Positions 1 through 9,890 are shown, numbered from the stretch's first letter. The stretch: 64,000 nucleotides of DNA from a virus (IMGVR_UViG_3300020411_004054:5885-69884); one strand, 5' to 3'. Made by a program: numbers and translations. Notes: generated from the letters alone by a model not told the origin.

Positions 1-660
1 GAAGGTGCAAACATTACTTATGAGGTGCGAGACAGTGAATATTGTTATCGTGCTCGTAAGTATAAGAAGTTGGCAGTGCCATCAGACCCTTCCTTTGGAT
101 ATGACGATGTGACTCTTTTTAAGCTAGGCTTTAAGGACAGAAGTGATGTTCGTGAGTATATTCGTAGTCGCGATTTTGATGGTCAGTCTGACTGGTCTCT
201 TGCTAGAAAGAAGGCTACGCTAAACCGTCGTGCTAATAAGGTGTGGGAACGCATTGAAGATGCAGTATATCAAGTTGGCAGATCAGGAGGAGAAGGGATT
301 TACGCTGTTTCTGAGAGTTATGGTAGGCGAGTCATTGCCAATCTTTTCGCTCGAAGCTACGCCGAAGCCAAAGAGACAGCAGGTCTCTTTTTTGGTTACC
401 TTCTAAGAGACCCTGCAGATATCAGGGTCAAGTTTGTGCAGTTTGGAACAGTCGATGATGTATCTGCGCTCAATGCAGAGACCTGCAAAGACATTGAGCA
501 TCGTATGGAAAGGTGTAAAAGAGAGATTGAGCAACAGCAAAAACATGCGGAACAGCTTAATGCTATGTTGACAACGCTTAAGACAGTTGAAAGTCAACAG
601 ATTGCCGTTGAGTCTGTTGCAACAATGGACAAATTGTATAACCATGAAGCCTCTGTCTAA
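1..660 (+). CDS. Hypothetical protein, probably 5'-partial, with C-terminal coiled coil
   Basis: Frame is open from base 1 (EGANITYEVRDSEY...); helical E/Q/K-rich C-terminus; TAA at 660. Confidence 0.75.
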   Translation, partial: EGANITYEVRDSEYCYRARKYKKLAVPSDPSFGYDDVTLFKLGFKDRSDVREYIRSRDFDGQSDWSLARKKATLNRRANKVWERIEDAVYQVGRSGGEGIYAVSESYGRRVIANLFARSYAEAKETAGLFFGYLLRDPADIRVKFVQFGTVDDVSALNAETCKDIEHRMERCKREIEQQQKHAEQLNAMLTTLKTVESQQIAVESVATMDKLYNHEASV

Positions 661-695
661 AATACATAGAAATAGGCGAGACAAAAGGAACCCAA

Positions 696-851
696 ATGTC
701 GACAGGAACATTCACCCTATACCGTCAGGGATACGAAGACGGTTATCTTGGAAGAGAGCCTTCACACCCAGAAGACATGTATTATATGAACGGGTATCAT
801 GCTGGTTGTGAAGACGATCAGATGGGGCTGGATAACAGGTACGATCACTAA
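696..851 (+). CDS. Small acidic protein with YxxGYxDG-type repeats
   Basis: Manual translation MSTGTFTLYRQGYEDGYLGREPSHPEDMYYMNGYHAGCEDDQ...; AAGGA SD upstream. Confidence 0.6.
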   Translation: MSTGTFTLYRQGYEDGYLGREPSHPEDMYYMNGYHAGCEDDQMGLDNRYDH

Positions 852-915
852 AGTTGTACAAGCACATAGTGTAGCTTATACATTACTATATTGATAACAG
901 AAAGAGGATATTTTT

Positions 916-1089
916 ATGTCTCGTATGTCTAAAAGACTCCCATTTGTGTTTTCGCGAAAGAAGAAAAACGAGCGTTGGGCAACCATTCAGCGTCGTAAGC
1001 GTCAACGAGAGATGCTGATTGATGTAGTTAGTGGAATTTTGATCCTTCCGATGTTTTACATTCTCACTGTGCTAGTATTTTCACTATAA
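916..1089 (+). CDS. Small basic membrane protein
   Basis: GAGGA SD; basic N-terminus followed by hydrophobic helix VVSGILILPMFYILTVLVFSL. Confidence 0.55.
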   Translation: MSRMSKRLPFVFSRKKKNERWATIQRRKRQREMLIDVVSGILILPMFYILTVLVFSL

Positions 1090-1102
1090 ATTGCACAAAA
1101 AA

Positions 1103-1131
1103 TTGTACTTTTGATAAAGTGTGATTACCTT
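1103..1131 (+). promoter_or_regulatory. Sigma70-type promoter upstream of hsp20
   Basis: TTGTAC-N17-TACCTT. Confidence 0.45.
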
Positions 1132-1210
1132 TATTACATGGCCAAAGAGATTGCCATAGTGGGATCTCGGCGGCATTTATTGCAACTCGCTTATAGAAAA
1201 GGAGAAAATT

Positions 1211-1648
1211 ATGAGCAATGCACTTACCACGCGTTCAGCGTATCGTCCAGGCCTTTTGGGTCGCACCGTCTTTGATGACGTTTTTGACAATTTTTTCATG
1301 GACTTTCCTCAACACCTAAAGAGGACAACTTCAGGGTATCCAGTTGCTGACATCTATCGCAATGATGAGGGTCACACTGTGATGGAGTTCGCACTCGCAG
1401 GCTTTTCTAAGGAAGATCTTTCCATTGAAGTAAAGCCTGAAAAGAGAAGTATCACTGTTTCTGCAAATTCTGATGATGCGTCGAGCGATAATCGCAGAAT
1501 TGCAAGACGTAGTTTCCAGAAGACGTATGTGAACTATGATGACAATCTAGATCTCAGTTCTGTCGAGGCATCTTTTGAAAATGGCCTGTTGACAGTTACT
1601 GTTCCTACACGGCCTGAAGTTCAGCCACTTGAAATTGCAATCAAGTAA
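1211..1648 (+). CDS. Small heat-shock protein (Hsp20/alpha-crystallin, IbpA-like)
   Basis: YPVADIY, EFALAGFSKEDL, RSFQKTY and ASFENGLLTVTVP motifs; AGGAG SD. Confidence 0.95.
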   Translation: MSNALTTRSAYRPGLLGRTVFDDVFDNFFMDFPQHLKRTTSGYPVADIYRNDEGHTVMEFALAGFSKEDLSIEVKPEKRSITVSANSDDASSDNRRIARRSFQKTYVNYDDNLDLSSVEASFENGLLTVTVPTRPEVQPLEIAIK

Positions 1649-1671
1649 TCGAATGTAGGGTCTAAACCACG

Positions 1672-1702
1672 AAGGTGAAGGGCAATGCCCTTCACCTTTT
1701 TT
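1672..1702 (+). terminator. Rho-independent terminator
   Basis: AAGGTGAAGGGC-aat-GCCCTTCACCTT hairpin followed by a T run. Confidence 0.85.
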
Positions 1703-1764
1703 ATTTGTTCAATAAATTGGTTATTGTTACACTTGATCATACCTGATGCTAAAAAGGATGGTAG

Positions 1765-4125
1765 ATGAAATTTCGAAAAATGTATGAGCTTAGTTCTCAA
1801 CCCCTAGCAGACGAAGACATCGCAGACGTTGTCCCAGTGTTGCCTTTGCGCAACGCAGTTCTTTTTCCTGGGTCACTTATGCCGCTAGCTATCGGAAGAC
1901 CAAAGACACTAAGGTTGTTTGACGATCTCCAGCCAGGGTCTATTATTGCTGTCATGACTCAAAAAGTTGCAGCTGAAGATAACCCTGCGTATGAAGATCT
2001 ATATAATGTAGGTACTGCTGCACGTGTCTTGGAGATGTACGAAGATAGTGATCAAACACTACAAGTAGTCGTTCAGGGACTAGAGCGTATTAAGTGTGTC
2101 AGGTTTGCTCAAGATGACCCATACTTTATGGCGAAGATTGAAAGAAGTCCCACGGAAGAAATTAATTCCTTTGAAATTACTGCACTCACACGCTCTTTGA
2201 ACCAATTGGCGAACGAGTACATTGAAATCTTGGCGAAGTTTCCAGCATCATCACTAGATTTAATGAGCCTAGCGGAATCGCCGCTTCATTTAGCATACAC
2301 AGTAATCACACATATGACTATTCCTGTGAGAGAAAAGCAAGACATTCTTGAAGAGGATGATGCTGAAAAGATTATGCGTCTCACACTAGAGATTCTATCT
2401 GGTCAGATTGAAGCACTTAAAGTTTCAGAGAGGATAAACTCAGAAGTTACAGGAGAAATGAGCAAGAACCAGAGAGACTTTTTCCTTAGACAACAGGTAA
2501 AAGGCATTCAAAAAGAACTAGGCGACGATGAAGATGATGAACAGTTCATTGATCAGATGAGAGAGAAACTTCTTGATGCCAATCTCCCAGAAGAGGCTCA
2601 AAAAGCAGCTGACAAAGAACTTAAGCGTCTTAAGAACATTCAGACAACGTCACCTGAGTATACCGTTGTGAGGACTTATCTTGAGTGTCTTTCTGAACTT
2701 CCATGGAATGAGGTTACTGAGGACAACCATAACATTGAGAATGCTGAAGAAATTCTAGATCGTGATCATTACGGTCTCAAGAAAGTAAAAGAGAGAATCC
2801 TAGAGTTCCTCGCAGTCAACTCTCTTAGGACAGATGGACGTTCACCCATATTGTGTTTAGTAGGCCCACCGGGTGTAGGAAAGACATCCCTAGGGAAATC
2901 TATTGCAGAGGCACTCAATAGAAACTATCAGCGCATTAGTTTGGGAGGTGTACGTGATGAAGCCGAGATTCGTGGTCATCGCAGAACTTATATCGGGTCC
3001 ATGCCTGGTAAGTTTATTCAAACAATGAAGCGGGCCGGTAGTAAAAATCCTGTGCTCATTCTTGATGAGATTGACAAGCTAGGAAGAGACTGGCGAGGTG
3101 ACCCGACAAGCGCATTGCTTGAAGTTCTGGACCCTGCTCAAAACAGTGAATTTATGGATCACTATCTGGACGTACCTTTTGATCTTTCACAGGTGATGTT
3201 CGTTGCAACCGCAAATAGCACGGAAGGCATCCCTGGGCCGCTTCTGGATAGAATGGAGATGATTGACGTATCAAGCTATACTGTACATGAAAAGTCTGAA
3301 ATTGCTAAGCGTCATTTGCTGCCTAGACAAATTGAAGAGCACGGTCTCGAAGAAGGTACTTTGACCATTGACGAAGCTGCACTAGAAAAAGTGATTGTAA
3401 ATTATACGAGAGAGGCTGGAGTAAGAAATCTCGAGAGAGAGCTGGCCACTATTTGTAGAAAATTTGCTGTAAGCTTGGTCAAAAATGAAAGAGAATCGAT
3501 GGAAGTCACATGCGAAGACTTAAATGATATGTTGGGGCCAGAAAAGCACATTCCGGAAACTGCTGAGCGAACAAAAATGCCCGGGGTTACTACGGGGTTG
3601 GCTTGGACCTCAGTTGGGGGTGACATCTTGTTTATTGAGGCTACTATGAACAAGGGCGACGGCAAACTTAAACTCACAGGAAACTTAGGTGACGTCATGA
3701 AAGAGTCTGTTGAGATTGCTATGAGCTATCTAAAGGCAAATGCAGATGACCTAAGCATTCCGATTGAGACGTTCTCTCAAAATGACTTTCACGTTCATGT
3801 TCCTCAAGGTGCAATTCCCAAAGATGGGCCAAGTGCAGGTGTGACGATGCTCACAGCGCTTACTAGCCTTATGACTAATGTTCGCGCGCGCGGCGATCTA
3901 GCAATGACAGGAGAAATGTGTCTTAGAGGGAATGTCCTGCCTATCGGAGGTGTGAAGGAAAAAGTGCTAGCAGCACACAGAGCAGGCATTGATAATGTAA
4001 TCTTGCCTGAGCGCAACCAGAAAGACATCGTCGATATCCCAGAGGACGTACAAAGCAAAATGAATTTTCACTTTGTCAAACAGTTAAATGAAGTCCTCGA
4101 CATTGCGTTAGAGGCAACATCATGA
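1765..4125 (+). CDS. lon: ATP-dependent Lon protease (LonA, full length)
   Basis: N-domain LPLRNAVLFPG, Walker A GPPGVGKTS, Walker B LDEIDK, catalytic PKDGPSAG with downstream IGGVKEK. Confidence 0.98.
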   Translation: MKFRKMYELSSQPLADEDIADVVPVLPLRNAVLFPGSLMPLAIGRPKTLRLFDDLQPGSIIAVMTQKVAAEDNPAYEDLYNVGTAARVLEMYEDSDQTLQVVVQGLERIKCVRFAQDDPYFMAKIERSPTEEINSFEITALTRSLNQLANEYIEILAKFPASSLDLMSLAESPLHLAYTVITHMTIPVREKQDILEEDDAEKIMRLTLEILSGQIEALKVSERINSEVTGEMSKNQRDFFLRQQVKGIQKELGDDEDDEQFIDQMREKLLDANLPEEAQKAADKELKRLKNIQTTSPEYTVVRTYLECLSELPWNEVTEDNHNIENAEEILDRDHYGLKKVKERILEFLAVNSLRTDGRSPILCLVGPPGVGKTSLGKSIAEALNRNYQRISLGGVRDEAEIRGHRRTYIGSMPGKFIQTMKRAGSKNPVLILDEIDKLGRDWRGDPTSALLEVLDPAQNSEFMDHYLDVPFDLSQVMFVATANSTEGIPGPLLDRMEMIDVSSYTVHEKSEIAKRHLLPRQIEEHGLEEGTLTIDEAALEKVIVNYTREAGVRNLERELATICRKFAVSLVKNERESMEVTCEDLNDMLGPEKHIPETAERTKMPGVTTGLAWTSVGGDILFIEATMNKGDGKLKLTGNLGDVMKESVEIAMSYLKANADDLSIPIETFSQNDFHVHVPQGAIPKDGPSAGVTMLTALTSLMTNVRARGDLAMTGEMCLRGNVLPIGGVKEKVLAAHRAGIDNVILPERNQKDIVDIPEDVQSKMNFHFVKQLNEVLDIALEATS

Positions 4126-4559
4126 GTGGTTGCTGGCTCGGTCCAAAAATAAAGTATCATCAGCTAGGACACAAAGAAAAAGAGTCATTTAACGCCGCTC
4201 ACCTCATGGCTGTTATGGCTAAGTGGGGCTACCTAGAGGCTTCTAGGATTAACGGTGATAAACATGGTGCAGATCTTCTATTTTACAGGTCGAGCGATGG
4301 CAACGTGATGAAAGTTCAGCTAAAAGGAAGAGTTACTTTAGACAAAAAGTATACGGGAAAAGAGTTGTACATAGCTTTTCCTTCTAAGCGTGAGAATTGC
4401 TGGTATGTCTATCCGCATGATGCGATGATGAACCAGTCTTTAGGAAAATCAAGCTGGTTTAGAACAAAAAGCTGGAAAGAAGAGGGAGGCTACAGCTGGA
4501 ACAAAGCACCTAGATGGCTAGCCGGTCTCTTATCACCTTGGAAAATACCTGATGAGTAA
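4122..4559 (+). CDS. PD-(D/E)XK-like nuclease-fold protein
   Basis: GADLL...KVQLKG resembles the D...Q-x-K nuclease variant; ATGA overlap with lon. Confidence 0.55.
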   Translation: MSGCWLGPKIKYHQLGHKEKESFNAAHLMAVMAKWGYLEASRINGDKHGADLLFYRSSDGNVMKVQLKGRVTLDKKYTGKELYIAFPSKRENCWYVYPHDAMMNQSLGKSSWFRTKSWKEEGGYSWNKAPRWLAGLLSPWKIPDE

Positions 4560-4971
4560 AAAAAGAAAATGGGACAAGAATAGAGACATTCTTAAGTCGA
4601 TCCCAAACCCTAGCAAAGATGCATACGAAATTAAAATGAAGATTCCAGAGCTCACATTTGAAGGCTGCAGGAATCAACCTGATTTTGCACATCTGTACAT
4701 TACCTTTTATCCCGGCGACAAAGTAATTGAACTTAAGTCTTTAAAGGAATACTTTTTTGCATTTAGAAGTCAGATCTATTCGTATGAAAGAATTATTAAT
4801 GTGATATACGATGACATGATGGCTGCATATGAGCCGACTCGTTTGCGTTTGGTTATGACATGTAACCCTAGAGGAGGCATATCGTCAAAGCTAACAGTCG
4901 ATTCTGACTGGGGCGTCAGAGGCGGAAAGGATCAGTTTAAAGACTGGGTTGGCCAAAAAGAGGAGTGGTAA
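4552..4971 (+). CDS. QueF-like T-fold protein (preQ0 reductase family), divergent active-site loop
   Basis: [18 protein letters not shown] and NPRGGIS motifs of type I QueF. Confidence 0.85.
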   Translation: MSKKRKWDKNRDILKSIPNPSKDAYEIKMKIPELTFEGCRNQPDFAHLYITFYPGDKVIELKSLKEYFFAFRSQIYSYERIINVIYDDMMAAYEPTRLRLVMTCNPRGGISSKLTVDSDWGVRGGKDQFKDWVGQKEEW

Positions 4972-6260
4972 TGACAGATTACAAGATTGCTGACATTGAA
5001 CTAGCAGCGTGGGGAAAAGAAGAAGTAAGGCTGGCTGAGTCTGAAATGCCCGGGCTTATGGCGCTTCGTAAACTCTACAGTGAAAGTAAACCTCTCGCAG
5101 GTGCCAAAGTTGCAGGATGTCTACATATGACAATTCAGACTGCTGTTTTGATTGACACACTGTTAGAGTTGGGTGCAGAAGTTAGATGGATGACATGTAA
5201 TATCTTCTCAACGCAAGATCACGCTGCCGCATATATTGCTGCAAAAGGTGTTCCGGTGTATGCATGGAAAGGCATGACTGAGGAAGACTATGAATGGTGC
5301 TTGGAACAAGTAATTCTATTCGATTCTGGGATGTCACCTCCTAATATGATCTTAGACGACGGTGGTGATTTAACAAAGCATATGCTGGAAAATTACCCAG
5401 ATGCATGCAAAGATATCGTAGGGATAACAGAAGAAACAACAACAGGCGTTTTGCGACTCAATGAGTATGAAAAGGCAGGTAGGCTTCCAGTGCCTGCAAT
5501 AAACGTTAACGACTCTGTTACAAAGTCAAAATTTGACAACAAGTATGGGTGCAAAGAATCTTGCGTCGATGCTATTCGGCGTGCCACCGATATAATGATG
5601 GCAGGCAAAGTTGCGGTCGTTGCTGGGTATGGAGATGTAGGAAAAGGCTCTGCAGCCTCTTTAGCTTCTGCTGGATGCAGAGTTATTGTTACAGAGATCG
5701 ATCCAATTTGTGCACTTCAAGCTGTAATGGATGGCTTTCAGGTCTTGCCTATGTCCAAGGCTGTTAAGAAGGCCAACATAGTAGTGACAGCAACTGGCAA
5801 CAAAGATGTTGTTACTAGCGAACATTTTCTGAGAATGAATCACAACACTATTGTATGCAACATAGGTCACTTTGATAATGAAATTGATGTTGCTTGGCTG
5901 AATGAAACTTGGAAGAAAACTAATGTTAAACCCCAAGTAGACATTTATCACGCCGGCGATAAAGACATCATACTGCTAGCAGAGGGAAGACTAGTCAACC
6001 TAGGTTGTGCAACAGGTCACCCATCATTTGTTATGTCAAACTCTTTTACAAACCAGGTTTTGGCACAAATTGAGTTGTGGAAAAACTCTAATGAATATGA
6101 AAATAAAGTCTATGTTTTGCCAAAACACCTGGACGAAGAGGTTGCGCGACTTCACTTAGACCATGTGAATGCACAGCTTGATATACTCACACCATCACAA
6201 TCTGAGTACATCGGTGTTGCAGTGCAAGGACCGTATAAGTCTAAAGAGTATAGGTACTAA
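4971..6260 (+). CDS. ahcY: S-adenosyl-L-homocysteine hydrolase
   Basis: [36 protein letters not shown] and [21 protein letters not shown] motifs; GAGGAG SD before ATG 4971. Confidence 0.98.
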   Translation: MTDYKIADIELAAWGKEEVRLAESEMPGLMALRKLYSESKPLAGAKVAGCLHMTIQTAVLIDTLLELGAEVRWMTCNIFSTQDHAAAYIAAKGVPVYAWKGMTEEDYEWCLEQVILFDSGMSPPNMILDDGGDLTKHMLENYPDACKDIVGITEETTTGVLRLNEYEKAGRLPVPAINVNDSVTKSKFDNKYGCKESCVDAIRRATDIMMAGKVAVVAGYGDVGKGSAASLASAGCRVIVTEIDPICALQAVMDGFQVLPMSKAVKKANIVVTATGNKDVVTSEHFLRMNHNTIVCNIGHFDNEIDVAWLNETWKKTNVKPQVDIYHAGDKDIILLAEGRLVNLGCATGHPSFVMSNSFTNQVLAQIELWKNSNEYENKVYVLPKHLDEEVARLHLDHVNAQLDILTPSQSEYIGVAVQGPYKSKEYRY

Positions 6261-6285
6261 TTCTAAAGTGCTTTAGGAGAGATTT

Positions 6286-6381
6286 ATGTCAAGCGCGATC
6301 TTATTTTTTGTCATAAGCGGTATCGTAGGATTTGTGATATTGCTCCCATCTATTTTTGAGAAGAAAAATGAACGTAGGTGA
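6286..6381 (+). CDS. 31-aa membrane peptide
   Basis: AGGAGA SD; MSSAILFFVISGIVGFVILLPSIFEKKNERR; 14-nt overlap with the next gene. Confidence 0.55.
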   Translation: MSSAILFFVISGIVGFVILLPSIFEKKNERR

Positions 6382-6556
6382 TTTAGTGATGATCCGCCAG
6401 GATGTGCCGGAATATGTTGCTGAAAGAGGTACATCACTTGGTGTGATTATTGGGGCACACGATCCTAAAACAGTTCCTCAGCTGTTTGAAGTCTTGTGGA
6501 CCGGCGGTGAAGTCGAAAGCCTGTACGAAGATGAACTAGACAGTGCAAGTAGGTGA
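6368..6556 (+). CDS. MKVGDLV-family small SH3/KOW-like protein
   Basis: MNVGDLV...LGVII...FEVLW pattern. Confidence 0.75.
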   Translation: MNVGDLVMIRQDVPEYVAERGTSLGVIIGAHDPKTVPQLFEVLWTGGEVESLYEDELDSASR

Positions 6557-6716
6557 TCTAGTCAGGGACAAATACGGTCATGTAGGCGTTATTATAGAGA
6601 CAGCTTTGCTAGGAAATGACAAGGCTGCATTAGTTCGATTTCATCCGGACGCGGGTTATGATAGTGAAGAAACATGGATATCACGTAGGTATTTGGAGGT
6701 TATAAATTGCACATAG
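6543..6716 (+). CDS. MKVGDLV-family small protein (not in ORF track)
   Basis: GTG start; MQVGDLVRDKYGHVGVII...YLEVINCT. Confidence 0.7.
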   Translation: MQVGDLVRDKYGHVGVIIETALLGNDKAALVRFHPDAGYDSEETWISRRYLEVINCT

Positions 6717-6901
6717 GTGATTTAGTGGCACTTAGAGGGAACATAGAGTGGCTACCCAATATATCCGCACAGTCTACTGGGGTCATAATTGATGCTATTC
6801 ATATGGATGATGGGTTTGTTGAATTTGAAGTTATGTTCGATGACGGATCTATCTCATGGTGCAGTGATATTATGTTACAACGTGTCAATCCAATGTTGTA
6901 A
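6707..6901 (+). CDS. MKVGDLV-family small protein
   Basis: MHIGDLV...TGVII...FEVMF; GGAGG SD. Confidence 0.75.
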   Translation: MHIGDLVALRGNIEWLPNISAQSTGVIIDAIHMDDGFVEFEVMFDDGSISWCSDIMLQRVNPML

Positions 6902-6924
6902 ATCGAATGAAAATTATCTAATAT
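6896..6924 (+). promoter_or_regulatory. Sigma70-type promoter
   Basis: TTGTAA-N17-TAATAT. Confidence 0.4.
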
Positions 6925-6960
6925 TGTCTATATAAGAGATAATCCACAAGGAGTTCTAAA

Positions 6961-7434
6961 GTGGTAGACACTATTGATAAGCTTAAAAATCTTAATCTAG
7001 ATGATAATGATGTTGTAACTTTAACTTTTTCCGAAGGTACTGACGTTTTTGTACACAATGAGTCTGAGGTAGAAACAGCACTAGAGGAGACGTCTGTTGT
7101 TTCCGCATATGCTAATTTAGTATCGACACCGGGTCTCAACGCAGAGACAGCATACGGAGAAAACATTCTAGAGACTCTTCGAGACAGTGAGTTTCTTGAG
7201 GAGTACGACCGTGACTTTACGTTTTCAGAGTATCTTACAGAGAAAATTAATGAAAACTTCTATGATGTTGATTTGATTGAGTACTCAACTGAAAAGTATG
7301 ACTACAAACGGGGCTTTTGTACACTCACTGCCGGAGTAAAGGTCACTGCTAAGAATCTGTTTAATACAATGCCTAGTCTTGCTGGATGGGAAGCACAGGT
7401 TAAAACAGACAACGGCGTACTTACGGTTTCGTAA
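6961..7434 (+). CDS. Acidic hypothetical protein
   Basis: AAGGAG SD, 157-aa ORF. Confidence 0.75.
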   Translation: MVDTIDKLKNLNLDDNDVVTLTFSEGTDVFVHNESEVETALEETSVVSAYANLVSTPGLNAETAYGENILETLRDSEFLEEYDRDFTFSEYLTEKINENFYDVDLIEYSTEKYDYKRGFCTLTAGVKVTAKNLFNTMPSLAGWEAQVKTDNGVLTVS

Positions 7435-7596
7435 ATGAAGAAAAATGATTTGGTTCGCTGTAGAGATACTGACCGCATTGGTGTGGTGCTGGATCGCAAG
7501 CGCGCAGGATTCTGTATGATGATTCTAGTTCAATGGCCAAAATCAACACACTGGGTAGACGCTGTCGATTTACAGGTAATTGATACCAGCCTCTAA
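7435..7596 (+). CDS. MKVGDLV-family small protein (not in ORF track)
   Basis: MKKNDLVRCR...IGVVL...LVQW...DLQVID. Confidence 0.65.
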   Translation: MKKNDLVRCRDTDRIGVVLDRKRAGFCMMILVQWPKSTHWVDAVDLQVIDTSL

Positions 7597-8432
7597 GATT
7601 CTTGTCTAGGATGAGATAGTTTAGATATCTTGCGAGCGGATTTAGCTCCGCCTCCTGCGCCAGGCTTATTTCTAGGAAGCTTAGCTTTTGAACCCTTTGC
7701 ATCAAGTTCCTGTTTTATCCACCGTTTTCCTATAGGATTTTCAATAGGTTTTCGAAGAAAGGCGTTGACTGCTTTGTCGATAGACGCAGAGATCGGCCCA
7801 TATTTGGTGTTATCCACGATAATGAAATTGCCACCGCCAAACAACCCTTGGAACGATCCCATGTTCTGTTGAACATCATTCCAGATGTCCTCGACTAGCT
7901 CAGGTTTAAGCTTTCTTTTCCTGGCTGCGTTTCTTTCTAGAGCAACCTCTAAAGAAGTATTGACAAAGATCATCATGGTGTCATAGCCTAGTTGCTCCAT
8001 CTCGTGCTTCTTTTTTGAGATCTTTGTAAAATCATCCCCAGTGCCGTCGATAACAACACCTAATCTACCATCGACATAATGTCCGCTCTGTGTGTCCCTA
8101 GTTCTTTTTGCCCTTCCTCGGGGAGAGTCCGGACCCATTGTGACCTTCTCAAACTCTTCATCAGACATTGTTGCTAAGTCGCTGGGGCTTATTCCTGCTT
8201 TTTCTAGATTAGCTTCGAATGCCGGGTCTGAATTGACAAGTTTGAGGCCCATTGCTGTAGCAGAAGAGAGGTTGTTTTCTGTGTCGCCTCCGAAGATTAG
8301 TTTTGCTGTGTGTGACTTTCCACTTCCGGGGCCACCCGCCATAAACACTGCCTTGAGAATGTTGGGGTCATATATCCCTTCTTCTAGAAGGGCTTCTCTA
8401 ATAAGCATGCGGAGCAGCGACACTGAATTCAT
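7593..8432 (-). CDS. P-loop kinase (zeta-toxin/AAA_33-like) with an LLRMLIREALLEE leader
   Basis: AGGPGSGKS Walker A, LVNSD, VVIDGT, FVNTSLEVALERNAAR lid motif. Confidence 0.8.
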   Translation of the reverse strand: MNSVSLLRMLIREALLEEGIYDPNILKAVFMAGGPGSGKSHTAKLIFGGDTENNLSSATAMGLKLVNSDPAFEANLEKAGISPSDLATMSDEEFEKVTMGPDSPRGRAKRTRDTQSGHYVDGRLGVVIDGTGDDFTKISKKKHEMEQLGYDTMMIFVNTSLEVALERNAARKRKLKPELVEDIWNDVQQNMGSFQGLFGGGNFIIVDNTKYGPISASIDKAVNAFLRKPIENPIGKRWIKQELDAKGSKAKLPRNKPGAGGGAKSARKISKLSHPRQES

Positions 8433-8500
8433 GTTAGTAAGTATAATCGCAGCTTAAACAATTGGTACCCTAAACTTACAATTTGTTAGAAGGGAAAAGT

Positions 8501-8827
8501 ATGATAGCATCAATATTGATCTTGCTAAGTCTCCCCAGTCATCATCCAGAATCGACCATTACGTGTCGACAGTATTTTCCAGGTACTAATCATCTAGTTC
8601 CGGCTGGAGTTGTATACAACTATACACCAGAACAATCACTGTCAAATAAGATGAGGTGTTACTGTGAGACTGTTAAGCCTCTAGAACACATGTGCATTAC
8701 ACGCGGGTACTCAACTCAAGCTTGTAAGTCTAAAACTAATACTTGGGTAGGAGACAACCTAAGAGAGGCTGTGCCTAATAGAATACCCCGCTTGCCGAGA
8801 CGAAATGTCATTCTTAATATTCGATAG
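8501..8827 (+). CDS. Cys-containing hypothetical protein, possibly secreted
   Basis: Hydrophobic N-terminus MIASILILLSLP; four Cys. Confidence 0.55.
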   Translation: MIASILILLSLPSHHPESTITCRQYFPGTNHLVPAGVVYNYTPEQSLSNKMRCYCETVKPLEHMCITRGYSTQACKSKTNTWVGDNLREAVPNRIPRLPRRNVILNIR

Positions 8828-9239
8828 TTCACGTCGAAAGGGAATGACCCTAGTGTTAACACTGGTGATAACAACTCTAATGGGTCTTTCGGCCATGGCA
8901 CTCTTTTCTGCTTCCCGCATAGACAGTATGATAGCCGGCAATATCAGAAGAGATACAATAGCTAAACACGCAGCCATCTCTGGGATTAACCATTTTATGT
9001 CCATGAATAAACCTGTAAGTGACATTAAAAGAATGATTAGAGAGCATTCTGGAGCACCTATCGTTGTCATACAAAGAACCTATATGGATGACAATAGAAT
9101 GTCTTATGAGGTTACAGTGATGGATAGTCCCTTAAGCGAACCTAATTTGATTATGGTACAATCAATCGGTGACTATAGGAAAGGTGGTAAGGTTGTTGCC
9201 TCTAAAAGTATTTTGGCAACTGTTGCCTCGACAAAATAA
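8805..9239 (+). CDS. PilX-like type IV minor pilin
   Basis: Class III signal RRKG|MTLVLTLVITTLMGLSAM; MIAGN...AKHAAISGI; C-terminal VQSIG...SILATV strands. Confidence 0.7.
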   Translation: MSFLIFDSSRRKGMTLVLTLVITTLMGLSAMALFSASRIDSMIAGNIRRDTIAKHAAISGINHFMSMNKPVSDIKRMIREHSGAPIVVIQRTYMDDNRMSYEVTVMDSPLSEPNLIMVQSIGDYRKGGKVVASKSILATVASTK

Positions 9240-9248
9240 AGAAAACTA

Positions 9249-9277
9249 GTGCAAGTCTATTGCAGATAGTGTATAAT
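9249..9277 (+). promoter_or_regulatory. Early-type promoter
   Basis: GTGCAA-N17-TATAAT. Confidence 0.75.
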
Positions 9278-9307
9278 ATTAATGTCTTCGAAGGGAAGGA
9301 GAATCCC

Positions 9308-9565
9308 ATGATTCAAGTTGGTTGTAAAGTTCGCTCATTCGATTTCGATTACTGCCGTGACCTTACAGGCGAACGGGCCTGCTATATGGAAGGTGAGGTT
9401 GTTGGAATCGAGCCTCACGGTGGCTGTGACCGCTATGTTATTGCAGTCGAGCGCGCCGTCTTTGGCGGTGAGGAGCGCGAGGCTTGGCCGAAGAAAATCT
9501 ACCCACCGGTTAACGGTACGCGCAAGCTTATGGGTGGTACAACCAACTCTGTTGAACTAGTTTAA
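9308..9565 (+). CDS. SH3-like small protein (MIQVGCKV variant)
   Basis: GGAGAA SD; VG-x-V..GEVVGIE pattern. Confidence 0.65.
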   Translation: MIQVGCKVRSFDFDYCRDLTGERACYMEGEVVGIEPHGGCDRYVIAVERAVFGGEEREAWPKKIYPPVNGTRKLMGGTTNSVELV

Positions 9566-9575
9566 GGATACAACA

Positions 9576-9890
9576 ATGCTCGACTTTTCAGATTTTACCT
9601 ATGTTTCAGCTGATACCCCTTCGGGAGGTGGTACAGTTCTTGTACCGTTAGCTTCTCTGCCTGGTCGCCATCGTGCTACGCCCCCTAACGAGCTGGCTGT
9701 ATACGATCTGTCAGGCCGTTCGGTTGTGTATGCGCACTCTGGCCCTACCTTCTACGCCGACTCAGAGGCTGGTACCCGGCAGTTTGTTGGCTGGTCCTAC
9801 TGGGAATCGGAGTCTACCGAGGATTTGGATGCGCCTATCGTTCATCTTATGGTGCTAGCACCCGGCTTTGACGAAGCAGATTATCACTAA
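9576..9890 (+). CDS. Hypothetical protein
   Basis: AAGGA SD; co-oriented ORF. Confidence 0.65.
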   Translation: MLDFSDFTYVSADTPSGGGTVLVPLASLPGRHRATPPNELAVYDLSGRSVVYAHSGPTFYADSEAGTRQFVGWSYWESESTEDLDAPIVHLMVLAPGFDEADYH

